Assembly (NCBI GenBank): GCA_963422375.2
Contig: OY729427.2
Coordinates: 1,024,001-1,088,000, forward strand
Source of the DNA: Bryobacterales bacterium
Lineage (GTDB): Bacteria > Acidobacteriota > Terriglobia > Bryobacterales > UBA6623
Reading direction: 5' to 3'
DNA: 64,000 bases
Under the pieces are notes generated by a model. That model did no database searches and was not told where the DNA came from. It was given only the letters and a program-made list of their open reading frames with translations. The position numbers and the translations under genes are program-made. This document shows positions 33,058 through 42,911 of this stretch, in pieces; the stretch's first letter is position 1; each line of letters starts with the position of its first letter.

Positions 33058-33686
33058 ATGGATGACATCAATCTATCACGCCTTCTCTAGGAGCTAATGG
33101 CTACGCTCCATACTGCTATTGGAAAGCCTAGAAGAGTGGGACCTGAACTCAGTACCGTGATTCGGCTAGACAAGAGCTCGTTTCGCTCCAGAAAAAGGAG
33201 CAAACTCTTCGCAGTACTACTACCACAGAATCTTCACTCGTTGAATCTTATGGCTCCTTGGAGGTCTACAAGATTCTACATTCATTCTCAAGGCTAAACG
33301 ATTTAGACTATTCGCCCTCCAGAGACAGTCTTGGTGATGGCATCGGGGCGATCAAGCGATTTTTCTACCTTCGCGGTTGGGATCGAAGACTGACCATTCT
33401 CGCAACGCTGTTTTCCTTCTTGTCGCTTATCTTGCACAGCGTAGGTGTTTTGGACTCGCATAGTCCGCAATGGATGACTTGGCTAATCTGGTCTATTGTA
33501 ACAGTTTTCCTAGCAATGTCAGGTGCTTTCGTCTTATTCAGTGATTCGATAGTAGTTTCCGCTCAAAAGCAGATTCGAAAGAACAGCGAGGAACTGCTAA
33601 AGACAATCAAAATAAACCTTGACAGCCGGACGACTTCGATTGAAGGCATTGCGAGCAGAGTAACACCATCTAACGGTCTACAATAG
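33058..33686 (+). pseudogene. Interrupted 2-TM membrane protein gene
   Basis: ATG at 33058 directly after the upstream stop, an in-frame TAG after 10 codons, then a frame change into the 33258..33686 ORF with two TM helices. Confidence 0.4.
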
Positions 33687-33710
33687 CGAAACTTCTGCAA
33701 TAGCGAAACT
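33681..33710 (+). repeat. 13-bp direct repeat CAATAGCGAAACT x2 with a 4-bp spacer
   Basis: Copies at 33681-33693 and 33698-33710. Confidence 0.7.
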
Positions 33711-34030
33711 ATGGACAATACATCCCAAAGGCCGTACTGGCTTCTCTCCATCGGGCGTCCGTTGCTGACAAACAACAGCGCGAGTGACGGCACGGGCGCG
33801 AGCAGCCTGCAATCTGTGGTCATGCCGGATCGACTTCCAATGCTTGAAGCGAGTTGTCAGGAGAGGGTACTACTGCAAGTATCGCGGTTGTCTTGGGAAG
33901 CACTGCTTTTCATTGCGCATACGCGCCATTTGTCCCTCAAAGCCTTGCACTTAGATGATCACAGAGAATCGTTAGCCACACTCACCGCAGCTCGTATGCC
34001 TAGGACGCCTTAGTCACCGGAGATTCCGCG

Positions 34031-35983
34031 CTAAGAGGCCTTCGGCACGATGTCGCGGCACTGCAAAACGGTCGACGTTTGCCTAGCAGCGGACCCCCTC
34101 CGTAGCAGCGTCGCGCAATAGAATCCCAGTTCCGCTTCCAATGCCCGCCTGACGGTCGCTCCGTCACGGAACCCATGGGACTCGCCCTCGAATAGGTAGT
34201 ACGCAACCGGAATGCCGCGGGAACGCAATGCCTCCACCATGACCTCGGTCTGCTCCTTCGGAACGACTGGATCCTCTGCCCCCTGGAAGAAGATTGTCGG
34301 CGCACTCACCCGGTCCGCCGCCGAAAGTGGCGACCTTTCTTCGTACACGGCGCTCCGGGCGGGCCACGGCCCGATCAATGTCTCGTGGTACCTTGACTCG
34401 AACTTGTGAGTATCCCGGGCCAAGCCTTTCAACTCGCTGATCCCGTAGTACGAGGCCCCGGCGGCGAATTCGTCGCGGAACGCCAGGCAGCAAAGCGCGG
34501 TGTACCCGCCTGCGCTCCCTCCCTTGACAATGATGCGATCCGGATCTGCCAAGCCGGCAGACGCGAAGTGCCGGGCTGCGGCCACCGTGTCATCGACGTC
34601 GGCCACGCCCCAGTTGCCGTCGAGACGCGTTCGATACGAGCGCCCGTAACCCGTGCTGCCGCTGTAATTCAAGTCAAGCAGCGCGAATCCCCGGCTTGTC
34701 CAGAACTGGGCCGACAGCGAGAGCGCATTGCTCGCCGCGGCCGTCGGTCCTCCGTGCAGGCGGATGATCATCGGCGGCTTCTCGTCCGGCGGTGCCTCGA
34801 AGTCGGGGTTCCAAGGGGCGAAGTAGAAGCCGTGAACTGTGCGCCCGGCCACCGAACGGAAGGAAATCGGACATCCGGTCGAGATGCCATTTAGCAAGGC
34901 CTCCGGCAATTCGGCCGAGCGCGCGAGGATCTCGCGGTTCCGCGTTCCAAGGTCGAAGCGCACGAGCTGGGACGGGAGGCTTGGGGAAGCGGCCCGGAAA
35001 ACAGCCGTGCTCCCTCGAACGGCCACCCCGTCGATCAGGCAATACGGAGTCTCGATGGGCTCGAACGCGCCCTTGCGGTCGATCAGGGCTAGGCCCCATT
35101 CACCATCCCGGCAGTACGCGGCGAGAATTCGGCCGTCCTCGGCAATGCCGTAGGTCGACATCCCGAACAGCCATTGGGGCAGACCGAATTCCGCCTCGCA
35201 CGGATAGACCGGGGCCACATCGGAGCCGTCGTCACGGTACAGGTTCCAGTACCCGCTGCGGTCCGTGACGAAGTAAAGCTCTCCGGCAGGCGACCACTGC
35301 GGCTGAAACACCGATTCGCGAGGCCCTCCCGCCACCTTGCGGCGCTCGCGAATCTCTCCGTCCCCCGAGAGCGCCCCTACCCAGAGATCGGTGCCGTCCC
35401 AAGGCATGTTGGGGTGGCGCCACTCCAGCCAGCACAGCCGATCACCTCGAGGGCTCAGACGGGCGCTGGCGTAGAAGTCCGCGCCGGAGACCAGCGTTCG
35501 CGGCGCTGGGCGAGGGCGTGCGAGATCTAGGGCGACAATCGACTGCTCGGCCTCCCGGCCAGCGTCCGAGTGGTCTTCGCAGGTCGACACCAAGAGATCC
35601 CTGTGCTTGTCGACCTCAAGGTCGGCGTACCGTCGCGGCCCCGGAGGGGTCAGCGGTTTCGGGTCCCGGGAAGGAACGGCCCGGTAGAGGCGCCGGTCGG
35701 CGCTGTCGCTGAAATAGACTGTCCCGTCGGCCACCGCGTAGGCACCGCCACCGTACTCGTGGACTCGCGAGCGGACGTTCCACCGCCGCTCCAGCCGATC
35801 CCGAATGCCGCCGTCCGGCCCGCGCCGCACTAGCGCCGTGCGACCACCCTCCGAGGGACGCCCCTCGAGCCAATAGACGGACTCCGTGTCAATGCGCGGC
35901 TCGCCGAGTCGAACCGACTCCCCCGCTACGAGCTCCGCCGTGAAAGGTGACCGCCAGAACCCGTACGCGGCTACCTGCTTCAT
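34031..35983 (-). CDS. S9 family (prolyl oligopeptidase-like) peptidase
   Basis: YGFWRSP, HEYGGG, HGGPT, GGSAGGY (nucleophile), QGAEDPVV and ESHGF motifs. Confidence 0.92.
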   Translation of the reverse strand: MKQVAAYGFWRSPFTAELVAGESVRLGEPRIDTESVYWLEGRPSEGGRTALVRRGPDGGIRDRLERRWNVRSRVHEYGGGAYAVADGTVYFSDSADRRLYRAVPSRDPKPLTPPGPRRYADLEVDKHRDLLVSTCEDHSDAGREAEQSIVALDLARPRPAPRTLVSGADFYASARLSPRGDRLCWLEWRHPNMPWDGTDLWVGALSGDGEIRERRKVAGGPRESVFQPQWSPAGELYFVTDRSGYWNLYRDDGSDVAPVYPCEAEFGLPQWLFGMSTYGIAEDGRILAAYCRDGEWGLALIDRKGAFEPIETPYCLIDGVAVRGSTAVFRAASPSLPSQLVRFDLGTRNREILARSAELPEALLNGISTGCPISFRSVAGRTVHGFYFAPWNPDFEAPPDEKPPMIIRLHGGPTAAASNALSLSAQFWTSRGFALLDLNYSGSTGYGRSYRTRLDGNWGVADVDDTVAAARHFASAGLADPDRIIVKGGSAGGYTALCCLAFRDEFAAGASYYGISELKGLARDTHKFESRYHETLIGPWPARSAVYEERSPLSAADRVSAPTIFFQGAEDPVVPKEQTEVMVEALRSRGIPVAYYLFEGESHGFRDGATVRRALEAELGFYCATLLRRGSAARQTSTVLQCRDIVPKAS

Positions 35984-37815
35984 GCACCTTCCGGATCCAC
36001 GGCAAGTACGGACTCGGCGTAGAGCTGCTCGCCGGTCAGGCCGTCGTAGTACTGAAACAGCGCCTGCGGGCGCGGATACGCGACCCAACGCGAGCGCCCC
36101 TCGGAATCCTCGTTCTCGAACACGTTGTTGATGCGCACGACGCAGTAGACGGGCCGGCTCCGACTGGCGGGTGCCGTGTCGTCAAGGAAGAACGTAGACC
36201 AGCGGATCTGCGCCTCGCGCCCGCGCGACTCGAACCTGCCGTTCGGCGGCCGCTGGGCCTCGGAAGCCAGAGGGTGGTTGCGCGAGCTGTGCGGCCCGGA
36301 GGCGAATTCCCACACATTGTCCGTCACTCGGATCGCGAAGCTGTTGTGCAGGTCGCCGGTCAGCACGAACACGGGCACACCCAGCTTGTCCCAGAAGCCG
36401 ATCAGCTCTTCCCGCTCCGCCACGACGGCCGTCCAAGCCTCGTCCTTGTTGGGGCCGCCCATGCCCGGCCCGACGTGAGGGATCATCAGGTTGACCGAGG
36501 AGACGACGAAGAGGAAATCGGCGTCGCTGGCGCGCATCCCGCTCTTCAGCCAGCTCTTCTGGCGCTCGCCGAGGATCGAGACGCCCTCCTTGTGCGGATC
36601 GCGGATGTCGTGAAGCTGCCGGTGGCTCCTCGTGTCGAGAAAGTAGAACTCCGCGTTGGCGATCGAGCGCCTCCAGAAGTTCAGGCGTCCGATCGAGTAG
36701 GAGGACTCACCCGTACTGCGCGGCACCGGGCTTATCTCCAGCTCGCTTGCGCCGAGGACCCTCTCGATCGCGTATACGCCCGCGTTCGGATCACCGCCCC
36801 GGCTGTCCAGCTCCTTGACGTTGACGCCGGCGTCCGGCTCTCCCCAATGCACCGTGAGCGTCGCGGCCTGCTCAAGATCCAAGGCGTCAAGGCCTCCGGC
36901 GTCGTCGCGCAGCACCGGGCTGCCCGCTTGAAGGCTGGCCCTGCCGAATCGGATCCCTTGCGATTGCGGCACGGGATTCGACCAGCCGAGGTAGTCGTAC
37001 CAGCCCCGCACGCCGATGTCTCGAAAGACCGCACGACGGCTGCGGAGACCGGGAGTTCCCGCCCCGTTCACGTCGCCCAAGATCTCGTGATCGTCAAAGA
37101 CAAAGAAGCTCGGAACCTCCCGGTGCCACGCCGCCATGTCGCGGCCCCGCTCGAGGTAGAGCTTGTAGTTCTGCCATACCCCTACGATCGTCGGAGCGAT
37201 CTGCACCAAACGGGGATAGCCGGCCGCGGCCGAGTCGCGCAGCCACTCGGAGGGCGGGTGATCCCGCTTCTCTTCGTAGAGCCAGTCCCCGTTCTGGATC
37301 GCGAAGTCGATACGGCCGTCAAGCTCGCGAAGCATCGTCCGGAACGCCGGCTGGTTCGAGTCCAGCTGCTTGTTGCCGCAGGCGAACTCAAAGCTGAAAT
37401 TGAAGAGCCCGCGCGGGTTGTGGTCCGCGCTGGCGTAGTCGGGACCGCTCGGCAGCGTTCGGAACGAGGCGACCGGGGGAGTCTGCCCGAACGCCTCGAG
37501 GCGGTAGAAGTACTCTGTGTCCGGCCGGAGCCCTTCGAGCCGGATCCACCCCGCGTTGTCGTGGGAGGACTCGGTTGCCACGACCTCCGAGATGCTGTCG
37601 AGGCTGCCCGGCGACAGCCCGTAGCGAACGCGGAAGTCTCCGGGCCGACCCGTCCGGGCCCAGACGCCGACGCCCTCGGACGAAAGGCGTCCCAGGATCG
37701 GTCCGTGAGAGACTTCAGCACCCGGGGCAAGGCCCCCGTCGCAGGAGAGCTGGGCGAGAAGGCCTAGGACGGCAGGTCCGCACGCAGTCAGAAACCAAGC
37801 GCGGGCCAGCGGCAT
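35980..37815 (-). CDS. Alkaline phosphatase D (PhoD) family protein
   Basis: NGDWLYE, FDDHEI, LDTRSHR, ILGERQKSWL and LTGDLH motifs; N-terminal signal or lipoprotein-like peptide. Confidence 0.85.
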   Translation of the reverse strand: MPLARAWFLTACGPAVLGLLAQLSCDGGLAPGAEVSHGPILGRLSSEGVGVWARTGRPGDFRVRYGLSPGSLDSISEVVATESSHDNAGWIRLEGLRPDTEYFYRLEAFGQTPPVASFRTLPSGPDYASADHNPRGLFNFSFEFACGNKQLDSNQPAFRTMLRELDGRIDFAIQNGDWLYEEKRDHPPSEWLRDSAAAGYPRLVQIAPTIVGVWQNYKLYLERGRDMAAWHREVPSFFVFDDHEILGDVNGAGTPGLRSRRAVFRDIGVRGWYDYLGWSNPVPQSQGIRFGRASLQAGSPVLRDDAGGLDALDLEQAATLTVHWGEPDAGVNVKELDSRGGDPNAGVYAIERVLGASELEISPVPRSTGESSYSIGRLNFWRRSIANAEFYFLDTRSHRQLHDIRDPHKEGVSILGERQKSWLKSGMRASDADFLFVVSSVNLMIPHVGPGMGGPNKDEAWTAVVAEREELIGFWDKLGVPVFVLTGDLHNSFAIRVTDNVWEFASGPHSSRNHPLASEAQRPPNGRFESRGREAQIRWSTFFLDDTAPASRSRPVYCVVRINNVFENEDSEGRSRWVAYPRPQALFQYYDGLTGEQLYAESVLAVDPEGA

Positions 37816-38333
37816 CACTGCACCGGGGGCGGGGCAAGTTGCTCGAGAAAATCGTCGACGAGCCTGCGATTGTCCGCATCGCCCAGGTTTCTTCTGAGCA
37901 GGTGCTCGGCCGCGCGAATGGCGAGGCCGGCGGCCTCCCGACGCAACTCCTCCATGGCGACACGCCGCTCGGCCTCGAGCTGGCGACGCCCCTCGTCCAG
38001 AATCTTGCGGGCTTCCTCGCGCGCCTCCTCCCGGGCCCGGGCGCGCATCTGCTCGGCCTCTTGCCTGGCCTCTGCCACCAGTTCTTGCGAGCGACGGAGC
38101 GACGCTTCCATGTTGGCGCGGTTCTCCTCGATCGCGCGCTCCGCCTCGGCCTTCGCTTGCTCGGCCTTTTCGAGAGACTCCCGGATGCGCCCCTCCCGCT
38201 CGTCGAGCGCCCCGAGAAGAGGCTTCCAAGCGATGAGCCGCAGGGCGACGAACGTGAACACGAACGTCACCACGGTCCAAATCATCAGACCGGGCTCGAA
38301 CTGCAGCAGGGCGCTGCCGTTATCGGAGGCCAT
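37815..38333 (-). CDS. atpF: F0F1 ATP synthase subunit b
   Basis: PGLMIWTVVTF...AWKPLLGALDEREGRIRESL followed by a coiled coil. Confidence 0.9.
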   Translation of the reverse strand: MASDNGSALLQFEPGLMIWTVVTFVFTFVALRLIAWKPLLGALDEREGRIRESLEKAEQAKAEAERAIEENRANMEASLRRSQELVAEARQEAEQMRARAREEAREEARKILDEGRRQLEAERRVAMEELRREAAGLAIRAAEHLLRRNLGDADNRRLVDDFLEQLAPPPVQ

Positions 38334-38339
38334 CGTTGT

Positions 38340-38633
38340 CTACTGGAACAGCAGGGCGACGAAGAGGACGCCTAGACCGATGACGGCCACGCCCTCAAGC
38401 AGGAACAGAGGGAGCTGGAAGGCGGCCCTGATGTCCTTGGCCGCTTGCGGCTGCCGGGCGATGCTCTCCACGGCCGCGGCGGTGAACTTGCCGATCCCGA
38501 GGCCGGCACCTACCACGATGATGCCCGCTCCTATTGCGCTGCCCGAGGCCTTGTCTAGGACTTGCGCCGAGGCGACGGCCGGCAGCACCAGCAGTATGGC
38601 GAGTGCGAACAGTAGGTTGATGGTGGGTTTCAT
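38340..38633 (-). CDS. atpE: F0F1 ATP synthase subunit c
   Basis: GAGLGIG, ESIARQP loop and conserved Glu in LLEGVA. Confidence 0.9.
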   Translation of the reverse strand: MKPTINLLFALAILLVLPAVASAQVLDKASGSAIGAGIIVVGAGLGIGKFTAAAVESIARQPQAAKDIRAAFQLPLFLLEGVAVIGLGVLFVALLFQ

Positions 38634-38677
38634 TGCTTGGATTCCTCCTTGACGGATGGGAAAGGGGCGAAGAGCTG

Positions 38678-39508
38678 TCAATGCTCCTCGGCCACGAGCA
38701 TGCCGACGTACAGCGCAGTCAGCAGGGTGAAGACGTAGGCCTGGATCAAGGCGACGATCAGCTCCAGCAAGGTGATCGCCACGGCCAGCGGCACCGAGAC
38801 GGCAGCGAGGGCCACCATCTGGAACATGAAAATGAATCCGAGGATGATCAGGATGACGATGTGCCCGGCCGTCATGTTCGCGCCAAGGCGGATCATCAGC
38901 GCGATGGGCCTGACCAGCATGGAGATGACTTCAAGCACCACAACGACCGGCGCGATGGCCAGCGGCGTACCGACGGGCACCATGTGCTTGACGAACCCGA
39001 CCGGGCCGAGCGCGACCAAGCCCGAGACGACGAAGGTGAAGAACGAAACCAGCGCCAAAGCACCCGTCACGTTCAGGTTACTGGTGGCCGTGAATCCGCC
39101 CGGCACGAGGCCCAGCAAGTTGCAGGCGAGGATGAAGAAGAACAGCGAGAGCAGGAAGGGTGTGAACCTTCGCCCCCACTTGCGGCCCATGTTGGCGATC
39201 GCGATCTCGTCTCGCACGAAGACGACAATCATTTCCAGCGCGTTGGCCACGCCTCGCGGAGCTTCCCGGCCCGCGCGCGGATTGCGCAGGTACACGGCCG
39301 CAGTGACGATCAGGATCGCGGAGGCGACCAGCATCATGAGCACGGCCTTGGTGATTCCCAAGGTCTCGAAGGCTGGGTGCAGGTAGGCGTCGAGCCACTC
39401 CGGCAGGTGGACGGCGCTGTTGGAGATGTGATGCATGATCACATCTGCGAGGCTTTCATCGCCGCCGCCCGCAGCGAGGAGAGCGAAGTCTGCCTGCGTT
39501 GCTAGCAC
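38678..39508 (-). CDS. atpB: F0F1 ATP synthase subunit a
   Basis: FFFILACNLLGLVP, RPIALMIRLGANMTAGH (conserved Arg) and IQAYVFTLLT motifs. Confidence 0.93.
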   Translation of the reverse strand: MLATQADFALLAAGGGDESLADVIMHHISNSAVHLPEWLDAYLHPAFETLGITKAVLMMLVASAILIVTAAVYLRNPRAGREAPRGVANALEMIVVFVRDEIAIANMGRKWGRRFTPFLLSLFFFILACNLLGLVPGGFTATSNLNVTGALALVSFFTFVVSGLVALGPVGFVKHMVPVGTPLAIAPVVVVLEVISMLVRPIALMIRLGANMTAGHIVILIILGFIFMFQMVALAAVSVPLAVAITLLELIVALIQAYVFTLLTALYVGMLVAEEH

Positions 39509-39795
39509 CGCTCGACGCACCTCGTGTAGCGGAGGCCCTCGAACACCTGGGCCGCTACGTAGCCGAGCAGCAGGGCGGGAACGAACAACCGCGGGTCGGC
39601 GGAACCGACCGTCAGCGCCCACCCGGTCAGCGCCAGGACCCAGAGCCCCCGCAGGGCCGCCCCGACCGCCAGCACCCGGAAGAGGCCGTTCTCGACGCTC
39701 GCCGGGACGATGCGCAGGACCGCCTCCGACAGGACCGCTGTCGCGAGGCCGCAGGCCAGCCCAGCTGCGGCGTGCCAGATCATTCCTGCGCCCAC
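39502..39795 (-). CDS. ATP synthase subunit I-like membrane protein
   Basis: Small hydrophobic protein directly upstream of atpB. Confidence 0.55.
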   Translation of the reverse strand: MGAGMIWHAAAGLACGLATAVLSEAVLRIVPASVENGLFRVLAVGAALRGLWVLALTGWALTVGSADPRLFVPALLLGYVAAQVFEGLRYTRCVERC

Positions 39796-39974
39796 ATCGC
39801 CTTGGCCAAGTTGTAGAAGCCCGCCACGATTCCGAGAAAAAGCCCGATGACCGCCGCCGTGGGATTACAGTCCCAGCGCTCTCCGACCGCAGCCCCTACC
39901 AGCAACCCGCCCAAAACCATTCCGCTCAGGGACAGGGCCGCCGCTGCGGTAGCGTTGCGAGGGCGGACCGGCAC
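39780..39974 (-). CDS. AtpZ/AtpI family protein
   Basis: GLLVG..VGERWD..P..AVIGLFLGIVAGFYNL pattern; first gene of the operon. Confidence 0.7.
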   Translation of the reverse strand: MPVRPRNATAAAALSLSGMVLGGLLVGAAVGERWDCNPTAAVIGLFLGIVAGFYNLAKAMWAQE

Positions 39975-40849
39975 GGAGTCGTCCTAAGGTCTGGACAGGA
40001 AGCGCTTCTGCGGGGTGTGGGCTAGGAGGACGCTGGGCGCGACCTAAATTGAACATAGCAGAATCGGCGGGCACGCGACAACTCCCGGCACCCAAGAGCA
40101 CACGTCTTCGGCCCGCTCCCCGCAGAGCCGCCAGCCGAAGCAACGGTCCAGCGCTCGGAGTCTCCATGCGCGAGGAGACCACCAGCGAACCCACCCTCGC
40201 GGCCACGGCGCCTAAGCCCAACCGGCCGAGTCAGAATTGATGACCCTCCCGCCGGACCGAAGACTCGATCATGTCGCATCGAAGAGCGCACGTTCCTCCG
40301 AGAATACCCTCCACGTCGAAATACCAGAGATCCGAGTACAAACTCGCCTGCCCACGCCAAGGCACCGGACGGCTGCGGCATAGGTGGCGAAATCGACAAT
40401 GCCGGCTAGGTCCGGACGGGCTAGCGCGGGCGACCAACAGCAACAGATTAGGGCCCTAGAGCCGAGCTTGACCCGCGGGGACCGCCACCCACAGTGTAGT
40501 GCAGGCTCCGTCGCCCCGTGCTTCAGCGCCTATTCTCATTGCGTGGCGTGGGGCGGTCCGGGCACCCGCATGCGCGTTGCTGGGTATACCCCTGCCTCGT
40601 CGCAAGAAGCTCCCGAAGACACGAGCGGTGAGAGTCGGCATTGAAGACTGTCCGGCCGCAGCAGTCGAACGAACCCGTCACCGGACGGCACCTTAGCCAC
40701 CGCACCCAAGCACTCGGGAGCGACAGGTCGTGCGGCAGGAGCCGTTGGATCATGCGAAGGCGGGTGTCGCCCAACACTCACTTCGCTCTAGAATCGCTGC
40801 GAATTTCAAGCGGCACGCGCAGACAGCGACGCGAGACCTTAGGCTGAGA

Positions 40850-41788
40850 TTACAGGGGCAGATGAAACCCAATGTATCCGATCTCGAATTCCCTCTGATC
40901 AGAATCCCACCGAAAATGGATTCGACCACTACTACCATATCTAGCATGCCAAAAGAACAATTTATTCTGGCCATCCTCGGACCTAAATTCACGCTTCTGT
41001 CGCAACTTTCTATTCTGCTTCACCGATGCACTTTCATCCGAAACTCTGCAATACCACTGTGGAATTCCGATGTCTGAATGTGCCCACATAGAGGCTGACT
41101 TGTTCAATTGACACAATCTCTTGCGAACAACAGGAATCGAACTAGTCGGCACACTTTTGAGGTGCTGCCTAACGTCGACTCCAAATCGCAGCCCTGGAAA
41201 TAGATCGGCTCTAGAATCCCAAATCTCGTCCGGGTCATTACCACTCTGGGCCAGCTTCTTGTGACGGGAAATAATCGCTGTAGCGTGCCGACGCCGGGTC
41301 AAATTATCAACTGTCTCAGTAAACAATGCAATTGACTCGTCACTAACCAACTCATTGTATCTTACAATAACCTCGTCTCTGTCCCAACCCGGTTCAGATG
41401 GAAACCCTACAAGAATCGAGTCCATTAGACTACAAAGAACCAATTCATCTGACGAGAGCTTCGTTTCATCAACTGTCTCTCGCCCATGGAATCTGTCGAG
41501 GACATCGCTACCAATGTCTGTTAGCAAGGGTAACTTTGAGGTCAACTTCAGAAAAAATCTATATTCTTCTAGTGACGTTGAACGTCTCAATAGACGAGCG
41601 ACTTCAGCAAGCGAATGCCCAGATGTTACTTGAATTGATTCAACAGGAGTCCTCAATCGCAGAGTAGGTTCCACGCACCTCGATTGATGAAGTCGAACCA
41701 TACCCAAAATCATATCTTTCATCCAATCTTGAGCGACAAACACATTTGATGCGCGCAAACTCGCAATATTGAGTATCATTTCTCTCAT
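40850..41788 (-). CDS. Putative effector of a Menshen-like system (NsnC-like) with a RelE-like C-terminus
   Basis: C-terminal WHARYGSSGRIHFRWD...IGYIGFHL; third gene of the AT-richer operon. Confidence 0.55.
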   Translation of the reverse strand: MREMILNIASLRASNVFVAQDWMKDMILGMVRLHQSRCVEPTLRLRTPVESIQVTSGHSLAEVARLLRRSTSLEEYRFFLKLTSKLPLLTDIGSDVLDRFHGRETVDETKLSSDELVLCSLMDSILVGFPSEPGWDRDEVIVRYNELVSDESIALFTETVDNLTRRRHATAIISRHKKLAQSGNDPDEIWDSRADLFPGLRFGVDVRQHLKSVPTSSIPVVRKRLCQLNKSASMWAHSDIGIPQWYCRVSDESASVKQNRKLRQKREFRSEDGQNKLFFWHARYGSSGRIHFRWDSDQREFEIGYIGFHLPL

Positions 41789-41795
41789 GGTGAAA

Positions 41796-42911
41796 TCACC
41801 AATCTAAGAGCTGTGCGAGGTTTTCCTCGTGCTGATCAAAAAACCCCCTTGGCCATGAAGACAGTCGGCCCTCCCTATTCAACCGTGGTTCGTGAACAAT
41901 GGATGCCGACCCACGACGTTCAAAGTATTGAATCGAAACGTCGTCTGGTGCGATCATGTCCTTGCGAACGGCAATTCGCACTCCGTCCAGAACATGGTCA
42001 CTATGGGTCTCCAGCACCACCTGAACCCCTGCACACGCCGCTCGAACCGCAAGCTCGCCGAGCTTGGTCTGACCATACGGGTGGAGATGTGCTTCAGGAT
42101 TCTCTATCAAGCAAAGACTACACGGCGAGCTCTCAAGCAACAGAGCCAACACAACAGGCAAACAGTACGAGAGTCCAAATCCAACGTTCGTTGCACGAAA
42201 CGGGCGACTTGAAATGTCCCCCTCTCGATCAAATGAATATCCTACCAGCAATAGACCAGCCTCCCGAAGCGTCCTTAGTTGCAGATGCGCTCCCGGTGAA
42301 ATCTCCTGTAGCCAAGTGTCAACGACATCCAACAGTCTGCGTTGGTTCTGATTGCGACATCTCGGGTCGTCCGCCGTGAGTAGCTGACCCTGAAAATGAC
42401 TCAAGTAGTTTAGAGCGTGCTCGCAATTGTGACCAAAGTCATGGAGCAGAGCCCGCGATTCGGTCAATCCATGGAATCTGCGCGGTCCAATGCGCTCTGC
42501 ACTAACAAAGGTTAGGCGCCCTCCGAATGGAGGAATCTGTCGCCATTGCTCGGTGACCAATGACTTCTGTGGATCAATCACAGAAAGTTGATCGGAATCC
42601 CTTGAATATTTAAGGGATGCAGTCCACGAATCTGAGATATCGTTGGCCTCCAATTCAACTTCGATGCGATCATTCAATGCCCCATCCCAAAGAATATCTC
42701 CACCTGTCCCTAGGTCGATCAACTTGCCATTAAGCGTCATATGTCCGCTCTGGAGATGTCCTGATTGGCATGATTGACGGATCATCAATAGTGCTTGAAT
42801 CACGCTGCTTTTTCCCATTCCATTTAGTCCACAGAATAGGTTGAGAGAAGCACACGATATGCTGATGCCCTCGAAACACTTGAAATTCTCGAGTCTGATT
42901 CGACGAATCAT
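41796..42911 (-). CDS. AAA/ABC ATPase with DUF3696 C-terminus (Menshen NsnB-like)
   Basis: LENFKCF, GLNGMGKSS, NVGFGLS, IENPEAHLHP, ETHSDH and GRLSSWPRGFFDQ motifs. Confidence 0.85.
   Translation of the reverse strand: MIRRIRLENFKCFEGISISCASLNLFCGLNGMGKSSVIQALLMIRQSCQSGHLQSGHMTLNGKLIDLGTGGDILWDGALNDRIEVELEANDISDSWTASLKYSRDSDQLSVIDPQKSLVTEQWRQIPPFGGRLTFVSAERIGPRRFHGLTESRALLHDFGHNCEHALNYLSHFQGQLLTADDPRCRNQNQRRLLDVVDTWLQEISPGAHLQLRTLREAGLLLVGYSFDREGDISSRPFRATNVGFGLSYCLPVVLALLLESSPCSLCLIENPEAHLHPYGQTKLGELAVRAACAGVQVVLETHSDHVLDGVRIAVRKDMIAPDDVSIQYFERRGSASIVHEPRLNREGRLSSWPRGFFDQHEENLAQLLDW

Noticed and set aside
39980..40849. Short ORFs and a possible att site at the left edge of the defence islet
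   Set aside because: No integrase, tRNA or matching direct repeat was found at the other edge.
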